Shown one piece after another: positions 9,294-23,527 of a stretch of DNA of 64,000 bases; positions within the stretch are counted from its first letter, which is position 1; every line of letters starts with the position of its first letter. The position numbers and the translations under genes were made by a program. The notes under the pieces were generated by a model. The model was not told the DNA's origin. It was given only the letters and a program-made list of their open reading frames with translations, and did no database searches. Source of the DNA: Yuukianura sp. NJ FZ-2021 (Eukaryota). The DNA lies in assembly GCA_046563655.1 (NCBI GenBank), contig CM102289.1:620001-684000 (forward strand), in the 5' to 3' direction.

Positions 9294-12033
9294 TTACAAG
9301 TGGTGGTGAGTCGGAAGAGGAGCGATGGAGTGGATACGCTGTCGCTTTTCCTCCATCAGCTTCTCTCGGTTTTGGTGAATGTAGTCAGTAATGTTGGGGA
9401 GACCAGAAACGACAACAGCCGAGAGAGCAGATCGAAAGACGTTCATGTCAGTTGCTTCGTACCACTCTCGCGTTCGGTCATCGTAGCATTCCACATGGTA
9501 AATCGTAGTGGAACCTCAAGAAATTGAAAAAAAAAATTTGCAACTTTTCGAAAAAAGAGAGTAAAACTACTAGAAGCTTACCGTTGAATCCTCCAATACA
9601 GAAGATCATGTCATCAATCACTTCCACTGCGAAGTTGCTGCGTTGATTATACATGTCCGGAACAGCACTCCAGTAGTTGTCCACTGGATCGTAACGCTCC
9701 ACTGAGCTCATTCGAGTAATCCCATTGAATCCTATCCAAAGTTTCAAAAATTAAAAAAATTGACATTTGAAAATCCAAAGTTGTAAAAATCTTAACCAAC
9801 CTCCGAGGACGTAAATCTGGTTGTGAAAAGAGAGACAGGAGACTCCTGAACGGCGATTTCTCATTGGTGGGATCATGGTCCACTGATTTGTGGCAGGATC
9901 GTAGACTTCAGCTGTCGACAGACACTCGGATCCGTTGAATCCTGTTAAACATAAATCAGCATTTAGATCTGTATCATCTTTAGTTTAATTTAATAAAAAT
10001 TCAGCATAAACTAAAGGAACTTGCCTCCGGTGATGTAAATTTTTCCATTGAGCTCAGCAGCCGATGCATCTGATCGCTGCTCATTCATCGGGTTGACGTT
10101 CGTCCACTGGTTTGCCACAATATCGTACTTCTCCACCGTATTTTGGCGATGAGTTCCATCATAACCTCAACACAAAAACAAAAAGTCAAATCACTAAAGT
10201 AAAAAAAAAATTAAACTGTCCAAGTTGCATGTTTTTTTTTTAAGTTTTCTTACCTCCCATGGCATAGATGTGGCCATCAAGCATGGCCACTGAAACGTAG
10301 CATCGACGCGTGTGCATTGGAGCCAACGAACGCCAAGTTTTAGTTTGTGTGTTGAAAGCACGCGTAGTATTGAAGTAATCTAAAAAAAAATCAAGAAATG
10401 TCAAGAATTCAAATTTTCAAAATTTCAAGATGTGGTCGCTTTGTCGTCGCAAAAAAAAAATGAAAGTTTCATAACTCAAATATTTTTATTACCAGTGCCA
10501 TCGAATCCTCCGATAATTACAATTTCCAGTCCAATCGCCACAGTTCCATGGTAGGCTCGTGGTCCTGTTCAAAAAGTGAGAATAAAAAAAATTCCAAAGA
10601 AACGTCAAAAATTTTTCAAAAAAGTGAGAATTTCTTGTTCATTTCAGCAACCTGTTGGATCCACTTCCTGGACAATCGTCCAACGATCTGCCCGCGTGTC
10701 ATACGTTTCGATAACGTTTGTTGGATTTCCACCAGACCAACCGCCAATAGCAAAAATGACTTCATGCGGAATACGTGGACGAGCAATGCCAGGCGTAAGA
10801 CTGGATCCAGGACTGCGTGCACTGCTGGCAACTTCAAGGTCATACAGAAACTTGAGCGTTTCTATGACGATGGGTTTGCATCCTTCGTTGCCAGCGACAT
10901 AAGCGTGGTCCTTGACATTTTCCATGAAGTACTGCGTCTCCATGAGTCCAGTACGAACTTGTTGAATCAGATCAACAATGTACTGTTTGCGAACTTCCGG
11001 ATTCTGAGAGATCCAACGAATAACGGCCTTCCACACGATCTCTTCACTCTTGACATTCAGTTCATCATGGCCCAAAATGGAAATGGTCTTGTCCACTGGC
11101 AATTCCAGCAACTCCTCACTCTCTTCAGATACTTCCGGGAAGTATCGCATTAGGAATCGGTGAGCGGAAGCACTCAATTCACGGCAAAACATGGATCTGA
11201 AGAATTTAAAAAAAAACTTTGTTCAAAAAACTTTTTCCAAAAACCATAAATATCTTTTTAATCATAAACTTTTGTCAGGTCAAAGGTCAACTTACTCTGC
11301 AAAACTTTTAATTCCGATGCAGTTGTACGGTGACATCTGATGCTCGATGAACTCACAGCACAGATCTTTGACAGCAACGATTCCGAGGTAGTCAGCTGAC
11401 TCCAGAATCTGAAATTCAAAATTCAAAACTTTGGTTTTTGAATTTCAAAATTTGGAATTTTTAGCATATTTTTATAACTTGACTTACCTGAGTGACATTG
11501 TCCTCCGTGATCACAATCTTCCGTGTGTAGATAAAGTCCAGCAGCATTTTCATCATGTCTGACGTGATTCCTCGGATGAGAAATTCCTTTTGGTTTGGAC
11601 TCGTCAACGGTCCAGTGAACAAAGCGTTGAAGTACGCCGAATCTCCAGCGACGACGATCGCGTGAATATTAAACTTCGAGTTATCTTCCGTCATCAAAAC
11701 AGTGTCACAGAATTCTCCTGTTCGGTAAAACTCGGCAAATGCGTGGTACATGCGACGTAAGTTGTTCGTCTTCGAGTAGTGATTGCACTGGCCCCAACAT
11801 CCTTCTGAGCAACTCTGAATTCCAAAACATCACAAATCCATTAGTTTAATTAATTAGTAGTTAACCAATTACTAATTGAGTTGACATACCTTGATGGCGA
11901 ACGGTTCGCTGGCTTCTTTCGGCACATCTTGTTCACCGATCCGCAAGTTGACGTTGGTACTCGAATCCATGTCGATCGGAACGCTGGAACTGCCAGTTCC
12001 AGCGATTTCAGGAGAGTGTCCAGAAATGTCCAT
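9294..12033 (-). CDS. KLHL10: Kelch-like protein 10 (BTB-BACK-Kelch), about 10 exons
   Basis: BTB (FCDTVL..SAYFNALFT), BACK, RPRIPHEVIFAIGGWSGGNPTNVIETYDTRADRW typical of KLHL10, kelch repeats; start codon uncertain. Confidence 0.88.
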
Positions 12034-12285
12034 TGGTGTGACACAAGTTGTCTCCGGTGTCAAGATGGGTCAGCTCCAGGCAAGGTCAAGCAGATTACAA
12101 AAAAATCGACCTTCCTCGTCGAAGGCAGGAAGTGGAATGAATGTTAGTTGAAGCAAAAGAAGAAAGCAAACGTTATTGAATCTAAGCGGTGCCATGGCAA
12201 CTAAAAATTTATTTAATTTTTTTTTTACAAAGTAAGCAAAATTGGCAGTTTTCTTTAGCTTTGTGCTAAAATAGTGCAAGCATAC

Positions 12286-13400
12286 TCAAATAGCTTTGAC
12301 TTTGTCAGATGCTTTGCCTTTAACTGATCTAAAACAAGTTTTCGGTGTAAAATATAAGCACATGCAAAGATTAATTAGCAGTTGAGAAATGGTAGCCGAG
12401 AAGAGACAAGGAATTGGCCACTTTTGCCATGGACGATCCCAGTCCAGCGGGACAACAATTGCTCCGATCCAGACTCCAATACAAGTTAACAGAAATCTCC
12501 ATTTGGCGACGACTAGCAGTCCATGCTCATCGTAGTCCCACATACTAAACAGAAAGGAGCAAAATGATCAAATACAACTAAAACTGAATCCTGAACCTTA
12601 ATTAACTTAATTAACTTTCACAATTAAGTAATTGAATGAATAATTACCTGATGTAGAATAGCTCGGGTAGAATTGTATCTGGTCGGAGAACTAAACATAG
12701 TGGGAAGAACAACCAGCAGACAATAACGAAGCTCAGCTGTAACGTCAATGCCCAATCTCTGAAATTTTCGGAATCAAAAATCAAAATTTTCAAAGTTTGA
12801 ATTTCAAAACATCGAAATTTTGAATTCCAAAACATGGAATTTCCTTGTCATAAAAATCATTTGAAATGGTAGAGCTACTTACTGGAAAAAAGGGGCTCCA
12901 AAAAGAACGAGTATGAGATGACATATGAAGAGGGAGCAAATGAACCCAGCCAATCCCCATAACTTCTCCAGGAGCTATGGACCAACGTAAAGCACTAACT
13001 AAGCTTAAGTTATTTAAATTGATTAAGTTCATATTTTAGCAAAAAACGTTTTGATTACGTTTGTGAGGAGGCCTGTCCTTGATATCAAACGTGGATCCTT
13101 GCCAATAGAAGTGGGTAGCCGGTATCTGCCCTTTTTGTCTTCATCTGCTGCAAACAACGTTGTTTCTGAATCTTGGAAGTTGGGCCGAGGGAAGAGCCAA
13201 AGTACCCATGACACTTTCAAGAACTCCGACAGTGCGATGAACAAGAGCGTGTCAAAGGGCAGTTCTCCCTTGTCTCCCACCCATGTCACCAAGTCATCTG
13301 TGGATCCAATGGAGATGACCAGGAAAGGAGCAGCTAAAAGTGACACGGCAGAGTAGCATAACTGTCTTTTCGTGGCCAATGAAACGGACGTTTTTGCCAT
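12286..13400 (-). CDS. PIGF: GPI-anchor biosynthesis protein PIG-F (multi-exon)
   Basis: GVWIGAIVVPLDWDRPWQKWPIPC signature; hydrophobic upstream exons, boundaries approximate. Confidence 0.85.
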
Positions 13401-13810
13401 TGTACAGAAACCTCCTCCTGTTCCGGTCCAGTCTCCCAATAACTTCCTGTGAATAAAACATGAAAGTGATTAGTACAGTCTTACTAGTTACTAGTGGATT
13501 TCTTAAATTTTTCATCAATTGAATGATTGATTCCACCTACTTTCCGATTAGTTAATCGATTAATTAACTGACTTTAAATGAAAGTTAGTTCGTCGCAGGT
13601 AAATTAGTACTTGTTTACAAAGAATTTTGCAGAAATGTTTGTTTACAAAAGAATTTTAAGTAGGTAGAGGTAACTCTGCAGGTCACACACGGCCTGCTTT
13701 CACCCACTTGACGAAAACCGCACAGATGGAATCCAAGCACAAATTAATTGACCAACAACAAATGAATAATTAAATTAGCCCAAAGTAATTAACGCCTAAT
13801 TTTTGTAATA

Positions 13811-14044
13811 CAGTCAAGTTTCCCACTTAGGCCATTTGCCAAATACAAAACAAAATACAATTGAGAAGTACAAAACTCGCACCCGTACATTGGCGGTGAA
13901 CTGGCAAAATGAAACGCCAAATGGCAAATGGGGGAATTGCCAATGACAATTTGACCGCAGACTCATGTAATTGTCTAACCGCAGTGTAGTTCAATTGTAT
14001 TTTGTTTTGTATTTGGCAAATGGCCTAAGTGGGAAACTTGACTG
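13811..14044. mobile_element. Tc1/mariner-type MITE
   Basis: ~53-bp perfect TIRs (cagtcaagtttcccacttaggccatttgcc...) flanked by TA on both sides. Confidence 0.85.
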
Positions 14045-14612
14045 TACATAGAATTAGAGGATAGTTTTTAACGATGGTGCGGACGTAATAGCAGAAGTTT
14101 TGAGAACTTAGGCGCGGGAACGTTTGAAAAATTCAAAAGTCACAACAAACAAAACAGCTGATCAAAGATAAAAACACCGAAAAACGTTTGCAAAAGAGGT
14201 AAGTAATTAAGTTTTAATTATTAGTAGTTACAACTACCATTGTCGATGTGCAGTTAATCTGTCATTTGATTCTGTTTATAGTTGATTGAGTCACTACGAC
14301 GTGGAATCCACAAGATAAGCACTGGACTGTTTACCAGCAGACTCTTATTGGAAGTAAAGATGAAACTGATTTGATCTTATCTTATCGACAACGTCAACGT
14401 GACACATCAATGCTTCACTGATCGTCCACCCGTACTATAAATCTCACTTTTAGTCTAATCTGACCTTGGCTCGCCATAAAGTTGAAAGTTACATTTTCAG
14501 GTTAGATTTAATGATTAACGTTTATTATTTAATCTTTTAAACTCATAGTTTTAGTAAATCGTTAAGCTTACAGTTTGCTTTTATTAATGTATACTACATT
14601 TTTGGATTTCAG

Positions 14613-16324
14613 ATGACGATGGCGGAACGTATGGAATGGAATTCCAACGTGTATTCTCGACTTGTCAATGACAGAAGTCCAGTCAACAGCCTGTCAGCTG
14701 AGATTGATATTCACCATAAAGCGTTCTTAACTTCCGAGGGCACTCCCAAGGAAGAATCACTCATTCTCCTTCGTGGTGAGCATTAAGTGCTTAGAATTTT
14801 CTTAAATTGGCTTTGGTTTTATCTGTGTTTTGAAATTACAGTTCATGCAATCGACTACCTTTGCGAGGTGCCGCATTCCTTGAAGTTCAAGTTCAGAGAA
14901 ACTGATGCCCTGCTTTCCGCCAGTGTGAAGGATCTGCCTGGATTTGACCCCAGGAAAACCAGTGCTGCTTTCGAAGATCTTGCAAAATATGCACATAACT
15001 TACTGGAGCAGCCCTGGCGTAAAGACTTTCACCGAATACGGGTTAGAATTGACAATGTTAAGCTAATAATTGATGAATCTGAGTGAAGTTTAACATTTTT
15101 GTTCATGTTTTCGTTCTTAGATCTCTTCCGGGTTCTGGATTCATAACATTCGGGCTCATCTGTACGAGGCTGAAAGAATGCTGAGTCTGATTGGCTATGT
15201 GGCTGACAATGCAGATTCGTTAGTCCTCGTCCGTCCTCCTAATACTACCGTTCTCATAGATTTCTCACGTGATTGCTTCATTGCCAGTCAAGAGTGCCTC
15301 GTAAGTGGAATATTTTGTGTTTATATCCTTCCATAGCCCAAAAACTTTTTCGAAAATCGTAATTTGTGATAATTCGACTGTTGTTTCTTCTTATTTGCAG
15401 ATACAAAGTCAAATATGGGAGAGCTTGCGGAAGGAAGAGCCGGAGAATACGCTAACACTCAACGACATTTTTGAAACACGAAAGCTTCTGGTCGGTGACA
15501 TGCGCTCAGCAGTTTCTTACCTCAAAGAAGAAGTTCGTCGGAGACAACAAGAAGTCGAAGAGGCCCTGGCACACTTACGGGAAAGTGGTTTAGTTCCGGA
15601 TGAATTCCAAGCAGGTCCTTCTCCATCACCTTCTCGGACCGCCTTTGTGCCAGTGGGAACACTCATTGATATCGCAGAAACCGATGCCACCAGGATCGCG
15701 AAGCAGCAGGAAACTTCCTCTCCAAGTCAAAGTCAATCCCAAAAGTTTGAAGGATCCGGAAGTATGAACACCAGTACTTCCAATACTTCCAACAGCATGG
15801 CAGTATCTTCACCTTCTCTAATCAACAGCCTGGAAACGTCATCTGAACGTCTCAGTGAACTGCTCCAAGAACAGGAAGTGTGTTTGGCCTCATTCAGGGC
15901 GAATCAAGGGCCCATGAAATCCGAAACCTCTTCACCTTCATCTGGAGCGGGCACTTCCGGAGACAGAAGTGCCCTTGAAGGGTCGTATTTCTACAATTTC
16001 AATTCCGGTGACAACGGAAAGCCCTTGACCTTGACCAAAATCCCCAAGGACTTTGACGATACGTCGTCAAAGCAACGTGGAATTCTGGACAGAGTGTGGT
16101 CAAACGTTCCTTCTCTGTCGACCTCACTCAAGAAAATGGAGCAGTTTTTAGCACCAGATAACAAATCTACTGCCACATCCAGCACATTTTATGCTAACAA
16201 CAACGACAGTTACGGTGGGGCAGGGTGGGACTGCCCTCATTGCACCTTTGTCAACCTAAACAAACGACCAGTTTGTTCTATGTGCTCCAAATCGCGTGAC
16301 TTTGTCCTGCCGAAGCCGAGTTGA
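14613..16324 (+). CDS. tamo: Tamozhennic/SPATA2-like protein (PUB domain + RanBP2 zinc finger), 4 exons
   Basis: FEDLAKYAHNLLEQPWRKDFHRIR..SGFW..LIGY PUB domain; C-terminal WDCPHCTFVNLNKRPVCSMC. Confidence 0.8.
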
Positions 16325-17072
16325 ATCTGTTCAAATGTCAAAGTTATCATAAGAACCTAAAATTATCAATTCAATCGAAAATATTTAATTTCTTACACAT
16401 AATAATGATTACATAATGAATTGAATAATCAAATCACAATAATACTAGTCTCCGCAATGCAAAGACTAATCACTTAAACGTAATTTTTTCGTAAGGCAAT
16501 TTATGATTAAACTCGACCTAAAAGAATTTCCTGGAATTCGGATTTTTTTTTTCACACGATATGATTTTTTCCTAAAAGAATTTCTTCAAATTCGGAAAAA
16601 TTTTCACCGATGCGATTTTCTCTGGACCTTAGATTGAATTGGTTGACGCAGTGACGCAAGGCGGAATTGCACGCTTAAGCGTTGTAAGCATTGGTGTAAC
16701 ATGTAGAATGTGCCATTCGAGCTACCACATAGTGTAACCACTTTTTGTAACCATCAGCTGGTTACCAATGTGGCGGCAGTGGTTACACCATGTAGTGATA
16801 ACGATGCAAATCCGCAACCTTGCAATCTAACCAATTGTTGTACGACTCCTATTTGTAGTATCTGTCAGTATCAGAGGAATAGTGACACCTGTAAAACTAA
16901 TATGCAAACCTTGCGCGGGAATTTTTTCATTTGAAATATTTGTTTATGTATAACACATAAGCATGTGCTCAGCAGACCGACAGCAAATTCTTAATTTTCA
17001 ATCATAAAAGTCAATTTTTCTTAACGATTAATTTAACTCCATTCATAGATTTCTTTCCTTTTTATACTTAAA

Positions 17073-18341
17073 ATGAAAGACAAGAAAGTAAAAACCAAGG
17101 CAGCTGAGGCTGAGGCTGAAGCAATAGACAAGGTGAAGGTCAAAGTTAAAATTGGCAAAGGAAAAGACAAATTGCATCCCAAACTGAAATGCAGAGCAAC
17201 TCGTAAAGTCCTCGACATTTGGAAACGAGAGACCGAGTTCGTCGACGGTATCTTCGCCTTGCTGCCTGCCACTGGAGAAGCTGACGAGGACTTGGACGAG
17301 TATCTGCTGGATTTAAGCGATTCCGAAGAAAAGAAAAAGCGGGAAAAGTTTTTACAGCGAACCAAAGAAATTCTGGAGGAACAGAAGACCCTTAAGGCAG
17401 CAGAAGCCAACGACGAAGCAGAAACTACAGAGTTCAATGGAACCAATACTAAAGGAAAAACCTATTCACACAAACCAACCAGGGAGGAACTGCTGGAGAA
17501 GCTGCATGCCAAGATGGCTCTTGTCGGTAAGCTATGCTAAAGATGATAATGAAGACTTATTGTTAGGCTTACTTTGATAAATCGTTTATTTGTCGATTGT
17601 CTAGCGCAACACAAGAATCCAAACAAAAAAGTGAAACGGGAGAAGACTGAAGGGAAGAAAGAGCGAAAGAAGGATGCAAAGAAGCAGTTCATATCCAAGA
17701 CAAATCCGAATTTGAAAGGAACCAAGTCTGGATCGAAAAGTGTCAAGTCCGAAGACTCTCCAACGTTGACTGCTTACGTAGAAGTTCAAAAATCAAAATC
17801 ACCTATAGGATCTCCAGTTCATAAAAAGTCGGATGGTGGTCAAGTGGTGTACTCTAAGTTTGACTTTATTGCTCCTCCGAGCCAGCCGAAAGCAAAAGCC
17901 AAAGTGACCGAAGTGCTCAAGACAGTTGAAAAAACGGAAGGGAAGATTGCTCGGCTGGAAGCAATGGGCAAGAAGTCAGAAGCAGTTGAAGTATCAGAGG
18001 GACATAAGTGGACAACGGCACTAAAACGGGCCGAAGGACAGAAAGTTCGTGACGATCCAAACTTACTGAAAAAGACAATCAAAAAGGAGAAGAAGTTGAA
18101 AGAGGTAAATAATTTGATTTTCAAAATGCCTCTTCTGTTTTGTGTTTGGATTTTTTAACATTTTACCTTTTTAACATTTTTTGTGTAGGTTCGGAAGAAA
18201 AAGTGGGCGGAGAGGATCGAAACAGTGGAGAAGGCTAAAGAAATGAAAGTGAAAAAACGACAAGCGAATATCGAAGGAAGAAGGGAAGAAAAGAAGAAAA
18301 AGCAGAAGAAATTACAACGGAAACGAGGCAGAATTCTTTAA
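17073..18341 (+). CDS. SURF6: Surfeit locus protein 6 (nucleolar), 3 exons
   Basis: VVYSKFDF, KWTTALKRAEGQKVRDDPNLLKKTIKKE, KKKWAER...KRGRIL*. Confidence 0.92.
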
Positions 18342-18519
18342 GTTCGAAATTCGAGTTAGGAATCTGCATTTTAGTTGTGTTAAAATTTTTTCCATAATAA
18401 GCAACTTCTGTTTCATTGAATTTTGACACTTTCAAAAAATATCCCTATTTTTGAAAGTAAATTTTTAATTATTGACATTTGCCGATTTTTTTTAAACGCA
18501 AAACGTTTTTGAAACGTTT

Positions 18520-20181
18520 TTAGAGCAACGCAACGTACACGGGATCTCCGATTTTGATTTTGAGGTTTGGCGGAGTTGACTTGTGAAGTCCCATTTGCAG
18601 TCCCATGATTCCGCGGTTTTTCAAAAGTGCTTTGACTTCATCATCTTCAAAATTTGGTTTCAATCTTTCAAAAAATAATTTTATAAAAGATTTTCAAAAA
18701 AGTGAACACTGTTCTTTGAAGTATATTGCAGAAATTATAGTTTCCACTTACTTATTTGTTAGCGTCTTCAATGGATCTCCAGTTGGATCTTTGATGCCAC
18801 TTGATTGGTCCACAGTAACGATAGCGCAACTGCAACGACATATGCAATTTTTCAAAATTTCAGAATTTAAAATTCGTGCCATAATTTTACCGTTCGCAGG
18901 GTTTGGACGCTTTGAAAATGACATTCTCCCCGATTTTGACGAATCCCCATCGGATTTCGGCAAACGGCTCCGTGGTGCCGGAAACCAAAATTGAAGGGCG
19001 GAAATTTTGAAAAGTGACTTTTTTCTTGAGATGAGTGTTGAGTTCATCTACTGACTCCTGGGCAACTAGCATGTACGAAGTATAATTTTGAAATGTTGCC
19101 ACATCCTCTGGAGCAGTAAGAGGAAACTTTTTCTGGAATTCACTCAACTGCCGAATACTTTTGGTCGCGTGGTGATAAACCAAGCGAAGGCCATCACTTT
19201 CCAGAAATGTGCTTATCCAAGTAGCGACAGCATCACCGCAATCCAGTGCTTTCAAATTCTCCTCCAAGAAAATCCTATTGTACCAAGAATTTGTAATTTT
19301 GCTCCCTATTCTCCTAAGGAAAGCATTACCTTAACAAGCTTATTGTCCTGAAAAGTATTGTTTTGAGAAGCTTATTGTTCTAAGAAACTCATTGCCTAAA
19401 GAAACGCATTGTTCTAAGAAAGTTATGGTTCTAAGAAAAAAAATTGTCATAGAAAGATTATTGTCCTAAGAAAGGAATTGTCCCAACAAGCTTATTGTCC
19501 TGAAAAGTATTGAACTAAGCAGCTTATTGTTCTAAGAAACTCATTGCTTAAACAAACGCAGTGCATTGTCCTATGAAAGTTATTGTCTTAAAAAAATTGT
19601 CACTGGGAAGCTATTGTCCTAGAACACTTATTGTCCTAACCGATATATTGTCTTAAACATTTGTATGCAAAATCTCACTGGCATTTCGTTTCCTTTTCTT
19701 CAGAAATTTCGGGAAGTTCAAAAGTGAAGTCGGCCATTCCAGGAGCTTTGAGTGTAATTTTTGAATTTTCCACCGAAAATTCAATTGTCGCCAATTTCGG
19801 CAATCCGGATTGTACTTGAAAAAGGCCTTGGGCGTTTACCACCATGAACACACGATCTCGCATTAACTCGTTTTTCGTACCTAGTTAAAACGATTTTTTG
19901 AATTTCAGATTCCTGTTTTTCAAAATTTCAAAATTTAACTTACTTTTTAGACCAAGGTTTGTAACGATTCCTTCCGGAACTGAAACTCCTTTGCACGATT
20001 TGATGGGGAAAATCGTTAATTCTGCAACAGAGCCAACTTTTATCCATTTTCGCGGAATCGGTTTTTCGGCTGTTTTGCCGCACACGTATTTGGCGGTCAA
20101 AGTGGTGGCTAACGCCGTGGCAACTACAGCTCCCGTCCCAAGGACAGCAGCCACCTCCCAAGAAGGACTTTGAATGCCCAT
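18520..20181 (-). CDS. MARC: Mitochondrial amidoxime-reducing component (MOSC domain), 5 exons
   Basis: LTIFPIKSCKG, DRVFMVV, DCGDAVATW, NFRPSILV, KPCERC and IKIGDPVYV motifs. Confidence 0.9.
19305..19660. repeat. Degenerate ~19-20-bp minisatellite in a mARC intron
   Basis: Repeated ttattgtcctaagaaag-like units. Confidence 0.8.
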
Positions 20182-21301
20182 GTTCAAAATTTAAAAATTC
20201 AAAACTTCAAAATTTCGAAAAGAAGAGTTTTGTTAAGGTGGGTCCTCTCCTAAGTTCGTTTCAGAAGTAAAGCTGTCTATTTGCTAATCGTACCTCAGTT
20301 CACTTAATGTTACGCAGTAGGAGGATTACAACTTTACATATGAGACGACATTCATCTCAAAGCTAAATCTAAATACTAATTACACCTAACCTAAAATTCG
20401 TAAAAACTAATTAGCATAAGAAGCTTAAGTCAAACCAACAAATACCAGTTTGAAGAATAACAAATACTCTCTTTGAAGGTTAAAAAGAAACATGAATGCT
20501 TCGCAATTCTCGCTGGGGCTGCGCCGGTAGTCATTACTCATTTATTAGTATTGCTGGATGCCGTAAACGTCCAGTGTCTTAGTTGCCACTTCCACTGGAT
20601 ACCCAGTGGATGAAATGGGGTCCTACTGGACGGTGGATAGAAGAAATCAGCTGAGTTTAGAAAATAAGCGCAAATTTCAAATAAAGTTACATTATAAAAT
20701 ATAAAATAATATAATTAAATATCAATTATTTAATTAGATTAAATTAAATATATTTTAACACAATTTTCCGTTTTTTTCGTAGCTTATTTGAATTTATTCT
20801 ATTCGTTAAGTTTAAAACAATTCAAAACCCGCTGGTGTAACTTCATTCTTTTAGACTCATCCATTTCGTCCATTTCTTCCACTGGATATCCAGCCGTGGA
20901 TGAAATGTAAAAAAAATGGATATCCAGCAAACCGCTCATTATCAATCGTCCTAAGCTCAGCTGGAGCTGGGACGCTAAAGAATACTTGCGACCTAAAAAA
21001 ACTCGTTTAAAATCTAGAACTTAAAAATATATTATTTTGGGGACTCTTTTGATTGACAGTTTTGTAACATCTTTAAGGTTCACTCCACCTCAACATCCTA
21101 GTTTAGCTAATTTTCTTCCAATTCTGTCAGTCTTTGAGACTATCCTTGGTTCTTGAGTATAAGTATTATTTCTACAGAAGAGGAAAACTTCATTGTTGCA
21201 CAAAGTTGCACAAGGTAAGCAGCTCTTTTATATTTGAAACAATTTTTTTTTTGGATAATTTGACAACTAATTTTTGTTTCAAAGCTTGTTGGTTGTAGGA
21301 A

Positions 21302-22870
21302 ATGATTACCTTGTGGATTGTCGTGGCTGCTCTGGGCGTGTCATCGTCCCCAGTTCTCGGTTCCTTCAAATCCGAATTTATTCATGAAATAAACAACGTT
21401 CGATCGCTTTATCAAGCAAATGCTTTGAGCTGGGACGACGTTTTAGCTACGCAAGCGCAACAACTAGCCAATGCCTGCGTATATCAACGGAATAACCCAA
21501 AGTTGAACTATGGCAGAACTTTGTACATAGGCAAAGCTTCTTCAACTACAGATGCAGGAATAGTCAAAGAGGCAGTGCTGACATGGCGACGTCAAATTGA
21601 GAGTTACGACTACAAGTCGCCCAATTTCTCAGAAAGCACTCGCTACTTTACACAACTCGTTTGGAAGTCTACGACCACAGTTGGATGTGGTTTGGAAACT
21701 TGTGAGGCAGGGAGTTTTGCCTACACCGAAGCAGGTATGTACGTATTGTACTTAACCTATTTCCGGCGTATAAGACGGACTAAAAGTAATGTCTGTAGTT
21801 TAAACTACATTACAATTTAAATTTTTACATTGTGGAAACCGAACTGGGAAAATACGAAAGGTTATTTTTTATTTCCTGTGCGGGGTTCAATTTTTTGATC
21901 TTACTAACGAGTATACTAACGAGGCCCTAAAAATCTTAGAGTGTGAAGCGTGAGGGCCTAAAGATGAGGAGGGCCTAAAATTTCAGTGCGTCGAATTCAT
22001 TAGTGCCTAAAGGCAGTGAGGGCCTAATTGTTTTGGGCCTAATTCATAGGGCCTAATGGCGTGCTTCGTCATGGAAAGCTTCGAAATGTTTTTGGTCTTG
22101 CATTTTGAGCTTATCACATGAATTAGAGAACCATAAATGATATTTCTTAATTTTGGGGCTTTTGACAATTTTTCTTAGAACTTTTTTTTTTGATTTTTTA
22201 GACCTATTTTGAATGACTTTTTAAGTGGTTAGAACGCCTTTTTGGAGAGTACTATTCGACGTTTGGTGATAGTAGATGTTTTCATTGTCTTTTGTCTCCA
22301 AGATAAGACGTGTCTACACACCGGGAAATAGGGTAGTTGTTTAATCCAATGTTTGAATGCTTTGAAACAGGTCCAGCCACTGTTGTCGTGTGCTACTTTA
22401 GTCCAAAGGGCAACGTGAATGGACAGTTTGAAAATAATGTAGGCACTTTCACGCCTCCTGCTCCTGACATCAAAGAATACACTCTCAAACTGATGAATGA
22501 CTACAGAGGCAAAAACCATGCATTACGGAAACTAACTTGGAGTGTATCTGCGGCGTCAGATGCTCAAACCCTGGCTAATCAATGCCGATTCAAAACCGAG
22601 CAGAAACCACGAGATTCTGGACTCATAGCGTACACGGACTCCTACAATCCGTCATTCCAAGAGACAATTTCGAACGCTATTCGTAAACTTTACTATTCGT
22701 CTCTACGTCCCAATCCCTCTGAATCGAATAGTCGTTTTTTCAAGTACGTCTATGAAGCCAGTGTCTTAGAAGTTGGGTGTGCACTCCGTGACTGTGACAT
22801 TGGAACGTTCAGCGAAACGAAACAAACAACAACCTTCGTGTGTTCCTTTAAGCCACCATTTGCCGGCTGA
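21302..22870 (+). CDS. Secreted CAP/SCP (PR-1/GAPR-like) protein with two CAP domains; exons ~21302-21734 and ~22372-22870
   Basis: Signal peptide; INNVRSLY..LSWD..YFTQLVWKSTTTVGCG..VVCYFSPKGNV; second degenerate CAP domain (MNDYR..LTWS..EVGCA..FVCSF). Confidence 0.88.
21920..22060. repeat. Short gggcctaa-type repeat cluster in the CAP gene intron
   Basis: About 7 copies of (g)ggcctaa variants. Confidence 0.6.
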
Positions 22871-23527
22871 ATATACACATGCTTAGCATCCAGATCAACA
22901 GTAGTGGTTGTTAGTGTGTAGTATGTCTACATTTGAATTGGCAATAAAATCCTTTATGAAATATCAGGGACTTTGGGATATAAATAATTTATAGAATTTA
23001 TGGAAAGTATAGGATTAAGTCCCGCCCCTTTCCACCTCCTGCAACTCGCTTTGCTACGACTCCTGTGACTGGTTCATTTCAAATCTGTGACGTCACTTTC
23101 CAAAGTTTTATGGAATTTATGGAACTTATGTTCCGTGTTTATAAATTTTGTAAATCTATAACTTTCTATAAATTCTGTTATTTATTTATAACGCAAACTC
23201 TCTATTAAGACGTTATTTTCATTTCTCTTTTTCCATTTCCAACTTAAGCCCACTCGCCCTGCCGGAAACTACGCTTTGACAAAAAAATTGGCTTTTTAAA
23301 AATTAGGATTGGAGTAAGGTTTCACTCACGTCGATGCAGTCGATGGTCGTTAAGCCTTATCTTAAACGAAATTACTTTAACAACGAGAGCAACACTGCAT
23401 TTTGTTTTTGAAGTTTCATAATTTTTGGGTTGTTTTATTTCGGTCAAGTGCTTGTCAATTTTGAAATGGAACCAGACTACCCCTCTTTTCTCGGAATTTT
23501 TTCAAAAAAAAAAAAGTTTTTGAGGTT

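Noticed and set aside
10548..11153. 201-aa plus-strand ORF and other antisense ORFs over real genes
   Set aside because: Shadow ORFs opposite KLHL10, the GRs and retroelement coding sequence
19305..19660. CRISPR-like repeat array
   Set aside because: Eukaryotic intron; degenerate head-to-tail units with no unique spacers and no cas genes
22980..23190. Degenerate AT-rich inverted repeat (similar weak ones at ~20550-20930 and ~27880-28245)
   Set aside because: Too decayed to define TIRs or a TSD with confidence
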